Shown here: positions 37,301 to 47,907 of the stretch, in pieces
Position numbering within the stretch: the first letter of the stretch is position 1
How the letters are laid out: each line of letters starts with the position of its first letter
Origin: Paraphysomonas bandaiensis
Lineage: Eukaryota > Protista > Chrysophyceae
Assembly (NCBI GenBank): GCA_965644295.1
Contig: CBFFRP010000186.1
Coordinates: forward strand, 1-64,000
Direction: 5' to 3'
DNA: 64,000 bases
Translations under genes and position numbers: made by a program
Notes under the pieces: model-generated
Databases searched by the model: none
Told to the model about the DNA's origin: nothing
What the model saw: only the letters and a program-made list of their open reading frames with translations

Positions 37301-40300
37301 AACTAGACATGGGCACAGAAATTTTTTTAGCTAAGTACGAACCGCTCAGACTTTAATATGCAGCACATTAAATCTTCAGATGCTACTGACTCCGGTCCAT
37401 ACTTAAATAATGCAATCAACCCATTTATCTCAGCCTGACTGTCGATAAATGGAGACGAAAAGTCATAATTTTGGATATAAGTCATCAGTGTTGCCTGACA
37501 TTGGATAATGACATCAGGATGAAATGAGAGTAGTCGATAAAACTGTTCCAAAGATTTGATGGACGGAGCGTTAGCCAGCATTGCAAGCAAACCAGCAGGA
37601 ATAGCTTGATGACGGTGTATTAGATCTTCCAAATGAGATACTTCATGTTCATATGTTCTCATCAGCAGATGCTCTTTTACCCTCCACATGGCACCGCAGG
37701 CAGAATAGAGGGACTTCACCAGTATATGTCCCGACTCCAAATATGTGCCGGCAGCGTCCATCATAGAAGTGAATGCGGCTTCTAGAGGAGCATACAGATG
37801 CGATGCAACTGAGAGAGCATCCATCAGAGAATTATCATCTATCATCCTGTAGACTTGATGCCCACTTAACTCAGTAAACAAAAAGCACCCCTCCGCCACT
37901 CTAATGATGTCTCCAGGTAAGAAAGACATTGACGAAGGAATACATTGCGAGTCGACGTAAGTAGTAGTCTCACCAGTGGTAATAACTACCCGCCATATAC
38001 AGCACATCCCTCTGTCGGACACCAGCAGGCCCCCACGTCCATCACAGCACAGACCAGTGAGGTTCTTGAAGGGATCTCCACTCGCAATAGTCTTGACGTT
38101 GACACCATCAAACATTCGAACTTTAGGAATTCGTCCCTGCTCAGTAAAATACACACCTCCAGAGCCGGCACAGCATGACGTTGGAAAGTGAAGAAGAGAA
38201 AAATTCCCATCATCGTTGCCAGGTATACCTTGTTTCCCCGCAACGGTGTGGACAACCCACCCCTGTCGCATACATATTACAATACATTCACAGCAAAAAC
38301 GCCGATCACCTTTTTCTCCGGCGCAATGGATCTCAGTGTATGATCACCTCTGCTGCAAACGTAAATCTTTCCATTGTAGCTACACACGCCACATGGAAAG
38401 CTTAATCTTGTCTCTTTTCCCATCCTGTCAGTAGACATCGAATTTCCAGCTCCAGCAATTAGAAACACACCACCTTCCACTAATTCTTTTCCAATCCTTG
38501 CCACTGGAGCCTCCGAGGACACAGCGTCTCCAATCACGACACCCTTCACTACGTGATTGTTGGTATCAGCGATAATAAGTAAAGTTTTACACTTTTTGTT
38601 GTCTCTTATATCATACGTACAGAGAGCACGAGGAGTGTTGAGACGAGAAGATTGAAGTGGTCCAATATTCACTCCGCTTCCATTACCAATTAGTGTGAGT
38701 CCAGAATCTGGCTTCATAAGAACGCGCACAGCGTGATTCATTGAGTCTGCGACAAACACCTCTCCTCCATTATCTATTCCAGAAGTGTAGAGGGGTTCTC
38801 CTGTCGAATCGCATCGTATGGCTAGGCCACTTGGCTGGGAAAAGGCCAATTCAGTCACAGATTTTTTTTCGCTTCCAGGAGGTCTTGCAGGACCTTTGTG
38901 CCCCAGTCCGGCCCAGACAAAAAACACCGCATTTCTACTTTCAGAACATTTAGTCTGTGCACGTTTATATTCTCCATAGCTCCAGAGGCGTCGAAATGAG
39001 GGGTTGTCAATACGGCATTCAACTCTATTCACGAGGCGCATATAGGCCAAGTGCATACGCTCCAAATCATCCCTGGCTGTCATAAATTTGTCAAACTTTT
39101 GCGTGCTCTCCTGTTTCATCCTTTCACTTTCTGATAACATCTCAAACATATGTACCAGCTTTACATTATCTACTTCAGAGTGTGGCGAAAGAGATGCGAT
39201 CAATTCCCTATGTGACCCACCTACTTCCGTCAATACCTTCAGTATATCTACGGCTGTGTCTTCTTCATCCTTCCGATCTTCAATCGAAACAAGGGCCTTC
39301 GAATAGTTCACAGAAACCCTCTCCTGAATTCCAATCATCTTACAAACATCCCTCTGTAAAATATTTAGCTTCCCCTCGAGGGTCATTAGTTGCTCCTGAA
39401 AACCCCAATCTTGTCTGGACTGATAAGCATCTACTCTAATATTATCTTTACCTCGCAGCTTCCCAAGAAGGGGAAATACCCCCTTACAGGCGATGTAAAG
39501 AGGTAACGGAGATGTGCAGTCTGCTTCAAGGAGAAACTGCAACGCCGCTTGGGTCCACCGCCTGACAGCAAATGTGCCAGGGGTGTCTGCGGCCGAATAT
39601 AATGTCTTCATATTCGAGGAATGCATCAGAGAAAGAGGTAGAGTGTACAGTGCACGCATTCCTTCCGCTCCCACAACACTACCAGAGATTACCTCACGCA
39701 ACTGTCCTACTGCAATCAAAGCGAGGTCAGGATGAGGGAAGGTCCCTGATTCGACTGCTTGAGAGAGACATAACAATAACTCGCTCTGCAGGGAGTAGCT
39801 ACATTGAGGTATTCGTCGTATATACAATAAAATGGACTGCGTCATCCACGCTTTATCCGCTAGCGCCACAGATTCCACGGCCGGCTGACAGAGTGCGTGA
39901 TGTAAGCACGAGAGAAGGGATGAGAATATCGCAGTTACATCAGGCCCAAGACGAGTCATGGAAAGAGTACTTCCAACAGCGATGTGACCGATGCCTTTGT
40001 TAAAGCCTACTGGAAGCTCAAGGGTGAGCTGGAATCTCTCATTAGTGTGATGAAGACGCAGAGTAGCATCTAACTCATGACATCCATCAAACACACTGCT
40101 GGGAGCGCTCACATGAAACACACAGCAACTCTCAGCCGGGAGAGAAGCAGGCAGTATCTTATCCTTATAAAAAACAGAGTCTGTGTCTGTGTGAGTGTCT
40201 CTCTCTCTCTGTGAGTCAATAGCTGCGGCATGTGAAGCAAAGTGTCGGAGGGTCGGTGGAGAGGGGGGCAGAGGGGGCTCACTGTCTGATAGAGTGGCAC

Positions 40301-40499
40301 CAAGAAGAGGAAGAGGATGAGGGGGTGCGTCTAAGTGAGAGCGTATCGTAACATCATCTATCGATATGTTACTAATATCGTGAGTGTTATGTAGCAATAC
40401 ACATAGAAGCAGGTCGACGGATGACTCATCTGGTGATGATACTTCAGGTAATTTGGACCAACGAGGCGCCGAGGAAATGACCTCAATATTCAGCAGCAT
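22303..40499 (-). CDS. Giant multi-exon RNF213/mysterin-like AAA+ ATPase and RZ-finger E3 ligase with N-terminal NHL repeats (roughly 5,500-5,900 aa)
   Basis: RNF213-type motifs in order: AGAGKS; GECGCGKT...VHGG...FLDEINT...ALNPYR...LVYKVHPIP...VSLRDV; GRPGTSKT...YQCS...LDEVGLAE.S...PLKVLH...SNW.LD.SKMNRA; GMRDYYSLLK...RNFGG; ESLYDVLNQ...LLNRFEK; RZ finger CRNGH...GEC...C...CGALIGG..H. The ORF blocks are joined by short GT-AG introns (for example 36196-36246 and 38264-38310). Not every exon boundary was resolved. Confidence 0.9.
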
Positions 40500-41032
40500 G
40501 AAGACTGTTGTTCGTTGCTATACACTATACACTATACACTGCAGTACTATATAAATGATACGTATGGCAGTACTGGAGTGGCTGCTGAGGACTCCAGTGC
40601 TGTGAAGTGAATTGAAGTGAAGTGTGCAGGATATGCAGTCACACTGTGAATAAGGAGCCAGTGTGGTGTGTGGGCCAATGAGGCCAAACAAAAAACAACA
40701 CCATGAGGAAAATTCAGATATTCGACATCATCATCATCAGTGTTCAAGTATCTCGGGGTTCCGGTTACCCCAATAATAGAGTGCTGGACAAGAAAAATAC
40801 AGCTGTATACAGGTCCAGTATACTAGTAGTGTCCTATGCCCATGCTGACTGCCCATAAGATATACTGTATATACGTGAGTTAGCTTATTATTTAGCTTAA
40901 TCGTCACATTCACTATCGCCTCATTACTTCGAAGTAATACACTGTCCGTTGAAATGTCGGGGCTAGATCTTCAGATAATTGTGCCGTGTAAAACTGCATC
41001 CTCAGTGCAGCTATTGAGCCCATACGTCACGG

Positions 41033-42519
41033 TAGGACAAGGGAACAATCCATTGCAATTATATTGTAAGTAGCGTTCCAACAATACGATGACTATACTT
41101 TAATTTTCTAACCGCTCCAACAATACTGTTGCAATATAGTAGTATCACTGATCAGAGTAATTTCATTTTTAGTCCTTGTCATTGAGATCAAATGATCCCC
41201 CAACCCACTACACTTCAAACCAAGATACTAATAGCGATTTGGTGGTCACGGTACTACCGGGAATTAAATACCATGAGTGTATTTGTCATAAGCAGGAAGT
41301 CTGTAAAGCATATATACTGTTTTATTAAACAGGCAAGCTTAGCTTTATGAGTAGTCAGGCTTAGAAAGCAGTGTGAAGTGTTATTCCGTTGTGTTGGTGT
41401 TATGAAATACGTTGCAGTGCTGTTCGTAGAAAATAAAAAATACAATCTGCTGCATTTACGCATTTACTCACAGCCGGTTTCATATGGGTATACGCCGACA
41501 GAATCAGGCCGTGTGCAGTATAGGAAGTATAAGAGGTATGAGGGAGACATAGCCTTGATCGTAAGTACTTTTAACATCAGGGCAGTAACTCCCAGTTTCT
41601 CTATTTATTCAACACAGCCTACTGCTTTTTTAGAACTAGATCAAGTGATACTGATTTATTAATACTTATTTATTGATAGTTACTGAGTATTCTAGTATCA
41701 TATGAATTCTATCAATTATCAACAGGGACTGAAGGATATTACAGAGAAAGTTTAAACGTTTAAACAGTGCTAATCTGGTTTTAAAGATAATTAACAACAA
41801 TAACTATGTAGAAGCAACTCGTGTAAACAACATCAACTAATTCGTAGTCCACACATTGATATGCTACGCATCTAATATAGAAATGCAGATCTAACTAAGT
41901 GTACTCCATTCAGACAGTGATTATTGCAACAATACAGAGGATGACGAAGCTATGTGAAAAATTCTTCAATTAGCTCAAAAATTTTAGAAACGGAAAGTTG
42001 AAATATCTAAGTACAGATGCACGAGTCATGTAGTATGTACTACCAATACATGTGAACGCCTCTTCAGCGCAGCAAAACTGATTATAATATCAGTGTTGTG
42101 CAAACGTGCAAACGTATGCATCATGCATCCTACCACACTTAATATGCTGTTGTTTCTGAAAGCTAACCGACAGTTGTGGCCGGATGCAAGCATATTTCAA
42201 TATTTCAATTAATATTGGATGAATATGGTGATGATGTCACCGATGATGTCGCAGAGACTCAGAGGATGAGTACGAGAAAACTTTTAATTAGTTAAGAGAT
42301 GGGTTTGATTATCCAGTGACCTTAGACCTTATAATGACAAGTACTAAAAACTACGGATGTATTTACTTACTGATTAGTCATACTAATATATATATATATA
42401 GCAATATATTGTATACAATATATTACTATAGTATTGTAGGGCCGGTTTAAAAACTCCATCAATACTATTGATGAACGCTATCTAACAATAGTATTGCAAT
42501 ATATTTTTCCCTATCCCTG
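41033..42519 (+). mobile_element. Decayed hAT DNA transposon
   Basis: About 42005-42190 translates SKYRCTSHVVCTTNTCERLFSAAKL...MHPTTLNMLLFLKANRQLWP (hAT C-terminal dimerisation motif). Degenerate 38-bp TIRs (28/38 by eye) end in CCCTG at 42519. Confidence 0.75.
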
Positions 42520-42825
42520 ATCAAAACCTTGTAAGAACAACTGTAGATTATTGAGCTTGTCTGCCATTAGTAAGAGTAGTACTTGACCGGGACAACAAAA
42601 TATTTGAGCGAATTCCGAATTACTCACTCAATAAAATAAAAATTAATTAATGTTAGCTACACCTCGATGATCTTACGGCACAGGTTAGAGTCTATAGCAA
42701 GCAAAGAGTAAGCAACACTTGAAAATCGATAAGTTCATAATTTTGCATTAATCATCAGTAATTGGAATTTGCATACAATTATAATATAAATATTTACCGG
42801 GAGAGACTAGTGGAGTCCAATCACC

Positions 42826-43320
42826 TCATGATAAATTACCTGATACCCAGAGCAAAAGCATGAGGAGAATAGCGAATGGTAAATAGGACTTAATAATTCC
42901 AGATACACCAACAAACTTGCCGCAAAAAAATATCCACACACCAATATAGACCATATTGAACTTAGTGTATCCATTAAATCCCATCAAATTCAGACACTGA
43001 GCCACATGCGAGTGACAATTGTCGCAAAATATATTATGCATCCGTTTGGAGTAAATATCGCACCCCTGATCCACGCCCTCATCCCAGCTCATGTGAGAGC
43101 ACCGCCCAGGATCCAACTGAATGTATCTTGTCGGACTTCCGAAGGCCATTCTCCCAACCCCGATAGTATACGGGCCCGCAAAATCATGAATAACACCCTC
43201 TGAATCAGCTATACCTGTATGACCAATGAACGGAAGGATCCACGTAATAGGCGGGAGAGGAGACCACAGAATACAGTTAGGATACAGATTCTTGCCCGGC
43301 TGAACTGGCCGAATATCCAT
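42826..43320 (-). CDS. TMEM222: TMEM222/RTE1-like (DUF778) membrane protein, 164 aa
   Basis: YPNCILWSPLPPITWILPFIGHTGI...HDFAGPY...MAFGSPTRY...HNIFCDNCHSHVA; start taken at MDIRP. Confidence 0.9.
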   Translation of the reverse strand: MDIRPVQPGKNLYPNCILWSPLPPITWILPFIGHTGIADSEGVIHDFAGPYTIGVGRMAFGSPTRYIQLDPGRCSHMSWDEGVDQGCDIYSKRMHNIFCDNCHSHVAQCLNLMGFNGYTKFNMVYIGVWIFFCGKFVGVSGIIKSYLPFAILLMLLLWVSGNLS

Positions 43321-43360
43321 TTTGATAAACCTGAAATCACTGTGAATGAAACACTTCACA

Positions 43361-43750
43361 CATACATACATACATACATACATACATACATACATACATA
43401 CATACATACATACATACATACATACATACATACATACATACATACATACATACATACATACATACATACATACATACATACATACATACATACATACATA
43501 CATACATACATACATACACATACATACATACATACATACATACATACATACATACATACATACATACATACATACATACATACATACATACATACATACA
43601 TACATACATACATACATACATACATACATACATACATACATACATACATACATACATACATACATACATACATACATACATACATACATACATACATACA
43701 TACATACATACATACATACATACATACATACATACATACATACATACATA
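43361..43750. repeat. (TACA)n microsatellite, about 390 bp
   Basis: Near-perfect tetranucleotide array with one 2-bp phase shift near 43518. Confidence 0.98.
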
Positions 43751-43799
43751 GTGGCTTCTATGTGGGGTTTGGTTGATATGAGTGTGTGTTGGGTATGAT

Positions 43800-45971
43800 A
43801 TGCAGTCGAGTAAGCGGAAGGTTGATAGTGTGGGGGGCTCTCTTCGAGTGGCTTTAAAAGTGTCTCGAGATGCGTATAAATATAAAGAGAGGGACGAGAG
43901 GGACGAGAGGGGGGCCTCAGAGACAGAGACGGAGGCAGAGAGGAGGGGTGTTGGGGGGGGGAGTGTTCGGGTTGCTATCAGAGAGTCTCTTAAGATGCTG
44001 TCGTCTGACTCCACACACACAGAGAGCTCCTATGAGTCTGTTCGAGGAGACTCTCATCCATATAAACACAAGCAGAGAAGAGAGAGAGACCCCTCGGCTC
44101 TCACGACATTCACTGATATGACTGTGATCGACATGTGGAGGAGTGGAGAGCGTCTCTCCGGACAGAGCGACACATTCGGCTCCATACCTGTGGAGTTAAC
44201 AGAGAGATTTGTGTGCGAGTTCCTCTCAGTGCTGGACCTCTGTATGCTCCGGAGAGTTTCAAAAGGGATGTGGGCGTGTGTGTGTTGCCACTGTTATAAC
44301 ACAGGCACAACTGTGCTCTGTCAAGGTGCCTACGTGGCCACAGTAGCCCCGCTACCTTTGCCCACAGGTGTCAAGTACGTGACATGGGGATTAAGGCCAG
44401 GCTGGGAAGACAGACACAACCACCAATGTCAAGAGTGCGGCGCAGTTGTGTCGGACGGAGAAGAATGTGGGCGGTGCTTCACGTGCAATGTGAGTGTCCA
44501 CTTGGCATGTTATAGGGGCAAGGGACATTGGGAGACGGGGGTGTTTCTATGCGAGGAGTGTGCAACTTCTACGGAGACACCCGTCAGTGGCTACCCTATT
44601 CTTCTAAACTCCCCAAGTTCTCGATCGCGTCAGTTCAGGCATCGAAGTGAAGCTATATTGGACAGCAATGTTGCCACCGAGAATAATATCAGTGCAGGAA
44701 GTCGAGTAGGTTGTAGCTTGAGATTAGCTCTGAAGAAGTCACTGGAAGATTTAACTCCGAAAACTGTTCTAGATGGAGTTTCAATTCGGAATGTTGAGTG
44801 GGATCGAGGAGCGGATGGTCGATTCACCGTAGTTGGAGGCTTTCATTCCTCCAGCCTGACCAGCAATGCTGACCTATACCACCACTCTCCTTCCTCTTCT
44901 ATACCGTGGTCTGTCACACGGTGTCTTCAACCATCAGTAGATAAATCCCCTTTGTTTCCAGTGCACTCTGGCAACTCTGTAGTCTGTGGGGATGATATTT
45001 GGACTTTTCCATGTAGACGAGACAGGGTAGGATGGTCTGGAGCTGGTGGTGCAGAGGTATGTTTTCACAGAGCCCGTGTCTTGGCTGTAGATGGTAGTTA
45101 CCGTACGGGTGGATGGGTAGAGAAGACAGTGTCTGGTCAAAGTCCAACTGCTAGATCAGGCGCAGCACTGTGCTTTGTGCCTGCCCTTTCTGGGGCTCTT
45201 CTGCATGGTGGTCTGGCGATAGTTCATTCAGAGGGACAGAATGCTCCTGCAACGAGCAGGTGGTGGCATTATTCCTCTGCTGACGATTTTGAAGATGAAC
45301 AAGCTACAGTGACAGATGTCAAGGGATGCTCTCGAATGTTCTCGTCCTCATCTCTGTACTTGCTGTTCGCTCAATCTCAGACCTCAGATAGGTCCTTCAC
45401 CTGGGAGGAAGTGTGCACGGCTGGGGCGAGGCCCTCTGCTCGATATGGTCACACCATGACCTGTATTGGGAAGAGAGTGTGGATGTTTGGAGGCATGGGG
45501 GCTCCTGCAGTACCTTCAGAGGGACGGAGACGGAGTGGAAGGCAGCACTTCAATGACTTATTCTGTTTGGATATTGATTCTACGAAGACGTCTTCTATGC
45601 GGTGGATACAACCCAAGTGTACTGGTAACCCTCCTATACGTCGAGCTGGACACTCTGCACTCGCATTTGGGCCGCAGTTGGTAATTTGTGGAGGAGTCAA
45701 TGGTGGAACTTGTCTCTCTGACATGCACCTACTTCACACGCCAACCCTAACCTGGTCAACTCTGAAGTCAGCAACAGGGGAGTCAAGTCGACCATTGGCA
45801 ATTATGTCCCGTCGAATGCGCCCAGCCCTTCTTCCTCTCACACCAAATTCAATTCTGGTGTTCGGCGGTGGAACTGGGGCAGACTACGGGGCACCCCTGT
45901 TCAGAGATATCCCAGCAGATGCATATGTTGTCACAGTTTTACCCACCACCCGGCCAGCTGCCATCATATAA
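43800..45971 (+). CDS. UIM-like/F-box-like/PHD/Kelch-repeat protein
   Basis: Single 723-aa ORF: IPVELTERFVCEFLSVLDLCMLRRVSK (F-box-like), C4HC-type finger CQEC...CFTC...HLAC...CEEC, Kelch motifs PSARYGHTM...MFGG and PIRRAGHSA...ICGG, and three LRxALxxS helices. Confidence 0.8.
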   Translation: MQSSKRKVDSVGGSLRVALKVSRDAYKYKERDERDERGASETETEAERRGVGGGSVRVAIRESLKMLSSDSTHTESSYESVRGDSHPYKHKQRRERDPSALTTFTDMTVIDMWRSGERLSGQSDTFGSIPVELTERFVCEFLSVLDLCMLRRVSKGMWACVCCHCYNTGTTVLCQGAYVATVAPLPLPTGVKYVTWGLRPGWEDRHNHQCQECGAVVSDGEECGRCFTCNVSVHLACYRGKGHWETGVFLCEECATSTETPVSGYPILLNSPSSRSRQFRHRSEAILDSNVATENNISAGSRVGCSLRLALKKSLEDLTPKTVLDGVSIRNVEWDRGADGRFTVVGGFHSSSLTSNADLYHHSPSSSIPWSVTRCLQPSVDKSPLFPVHSGNSVVCGDDIWTFPCRRDRVGWSGAGGAEVCFHRARVLAVDGSYRTGGWVEKTVSGQSPTARSGAALCFVPALSGALLHGGLAIVHSEGQNAPATSRWWHYSSADDFEDEQATVTDVKGCSRMFSSSSLYLLFAQSQTSDRSFTWEEVCTAGARPSARYGHTMTCIGKRVWMFGGMGAPAVPSEGRRRSGRQHFNDLFCLDIDSTKTSSMRWIQPKCTGNPPIRRAGHSALAFGPQLVICGGVNGGTCLSDMHLLHTPTLTWSTLKSATGESSRPLAIMSRRMRPALLPLTPNSILVFGGGTGADYGAPLFRDIPADAYVVTVLPTTRPAAII

Positions 45972-47376
45972 TAGACAGTCTAGGTTAGTACCGAGAGTTC
46001 GCTTTACTGAGTATATGCAGCTCAGTTTTCTATTTTTGTTATCTGTCATGGATTGTGCATTTGTAAGTATCAACGAATTGTGGATTTAATGAGTTTGTCG
46101 TGCTTGGCTGTTGGATATCATTAATTTGTTGTGATGCGTAATAAGTTGCAGCACTTCCATATACAAGCAAGATATATATTCGCAATGAAATTATCAGTTA
46201 CTGTAGTATTTGAAGTAACAATTGTGCTGTGTTCACACACTATGTATCAGACGAGAGGCAACAGGAACTTGTCTTCGAAATAAGCAGTAAAAAATCTCTG
46301 AAGATACAGCTTTCGGTAAATGATATGCAATTGTACCTACCAGAGTAAAAAGTATAATAATTACAAAAACTATTTCAATTGAAGGCATTACAATTGATAT
46401 GCATCGGACGAGAAATAATTGGCTAAGAAAGTACAGTGGTACTCCTACTAGGCATCGCCGTTGTAAATATTTATTTATACTCATTTAATATACGGGGGTA
46501 AATCTAGTCGCCAAAGTGAAATTGCATACATTGCTTAAATACGCCATTAGAGTGCAATGCCAAGCAACCTGAAATCAACAATTAGGGAGAAAAGTAGCAA
46601 AATATTTTAGGTACATACGACCTGATATGATGGTGTACTACTAGAAAAGGACGAAAGCGTAGATCTCACTTTCCGTTACTGGTTACGTCATAAGGTACGA
46701 GGTGTGTATGATCTAGATTAATCAAATTGACGAGACCATCGAAGCCAGATTTAGGGTAAGAGTGTTCTGATACACTTTCAATACATGTGGCCACAACTGA
46801 CGCTGCATTAATGCTGCTTTAATCTACGACGCCTTCCATACCGTATCCTACACGTTTCCTCATATAATCTACGAATGTCTAATATAACCGTTCCGCTATA
46901 TTATGGTGTTATGTTGTATGGTATTATATAAATATTATTTTCTATTTCACATGTGGAATATTATAGCTTTATGTGTGTCACGTTTATGATGACCATAATT
47001 TAATGGATTGTTGTTGAGCTTTATTTTGGTGCTTCTTTATATTATACTTATAGTTGGTATTATATTATATCAAGTTTCGTAAATACCATCACTATACTAT
47101 TACAATTTATAGTATGATTTGTTTGTTTATCGTCAATTCTATTAAGTATATATATATCAGAACTTATATATATGGACATCTAAGAAATATTTTATTCATA
47201 CTTTTCGACCATTTTTTGATCAGTTGACTAGATTTTTCCTTGAGTCGACTTATACCTAATTGTGAAACTGTTCTCTACAATGACATCACAAATATCAGGT
47301 TTTCTATTCCAGATATTCTCTCTCGACCTCTTAGTGTGCCGCCTCATTTTAATATCGTAAGTACATAAGGCCAGTA

Positions 47377-47540
47377 GTGAATCTCTTGTTATTATGTAGC
47401 TATATATAGACGTGTAAGAGTCAAAACTAATGTAGCATCAATTTAACTAACTATTGCTTAACTCCGATATCCTACTATTTATTGCTACGAAAGCTGCTTG
47501 TGCGTCACCGCAGACACCAAGGTGCAACCACTTTCGCTCT
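47377..47540 (-). mobile_element. 3'-end fragment of the LINE-like family
   Basis: Reverse complement of GTGGTTGCACCTTGGTG...GACGCACAAGCAGC...AATAGTAGGAT; terminus GATTCAC. Confidence 0.65.
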
Positions 47541-47907
47541 CATATTTCTATTGCATATAATAGTCTTCCTAACCACTTAGGATTGAAGTTAGATACGATA
47601 GGGCCTACAGCGACCTACGTTCCGTTAATTATAGAATCTAAAAATATATATTGTAACTCTAATTAATCACTCAGTGTGTTACCTCGCTTAAAAGGTAATG
47701 CACAATGTCGAGCATCTCTCCCATTAATATACTCATGAAAAACGATACACCACTTCTTACTCTCTTCGTAAAGTGACACTGCTATGTTAAAATGTGGCAT
47801 TTATTATTCTAGGATACGCACGTTAAAAGCAACTACACCTTTGTAGAAACCATAGATACCATGACACAAAAATTCTACATAAATACATATACACAAAGTG
47901 ACCTTCA

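Noticed and set aside
43337-43798. MYVC- and HTYI-repeat ORFs (also 51489-51985)
   Set aside because: These are translations of the (TACA)n microsatellite, which has no stop codon in any frame.
46670-46790. Possible ligand-gated-channel-like fragment (INQIDETIEARFRV)
   Set aside because: It is very short, interrupted by stops and unsupported by flanking sequence.
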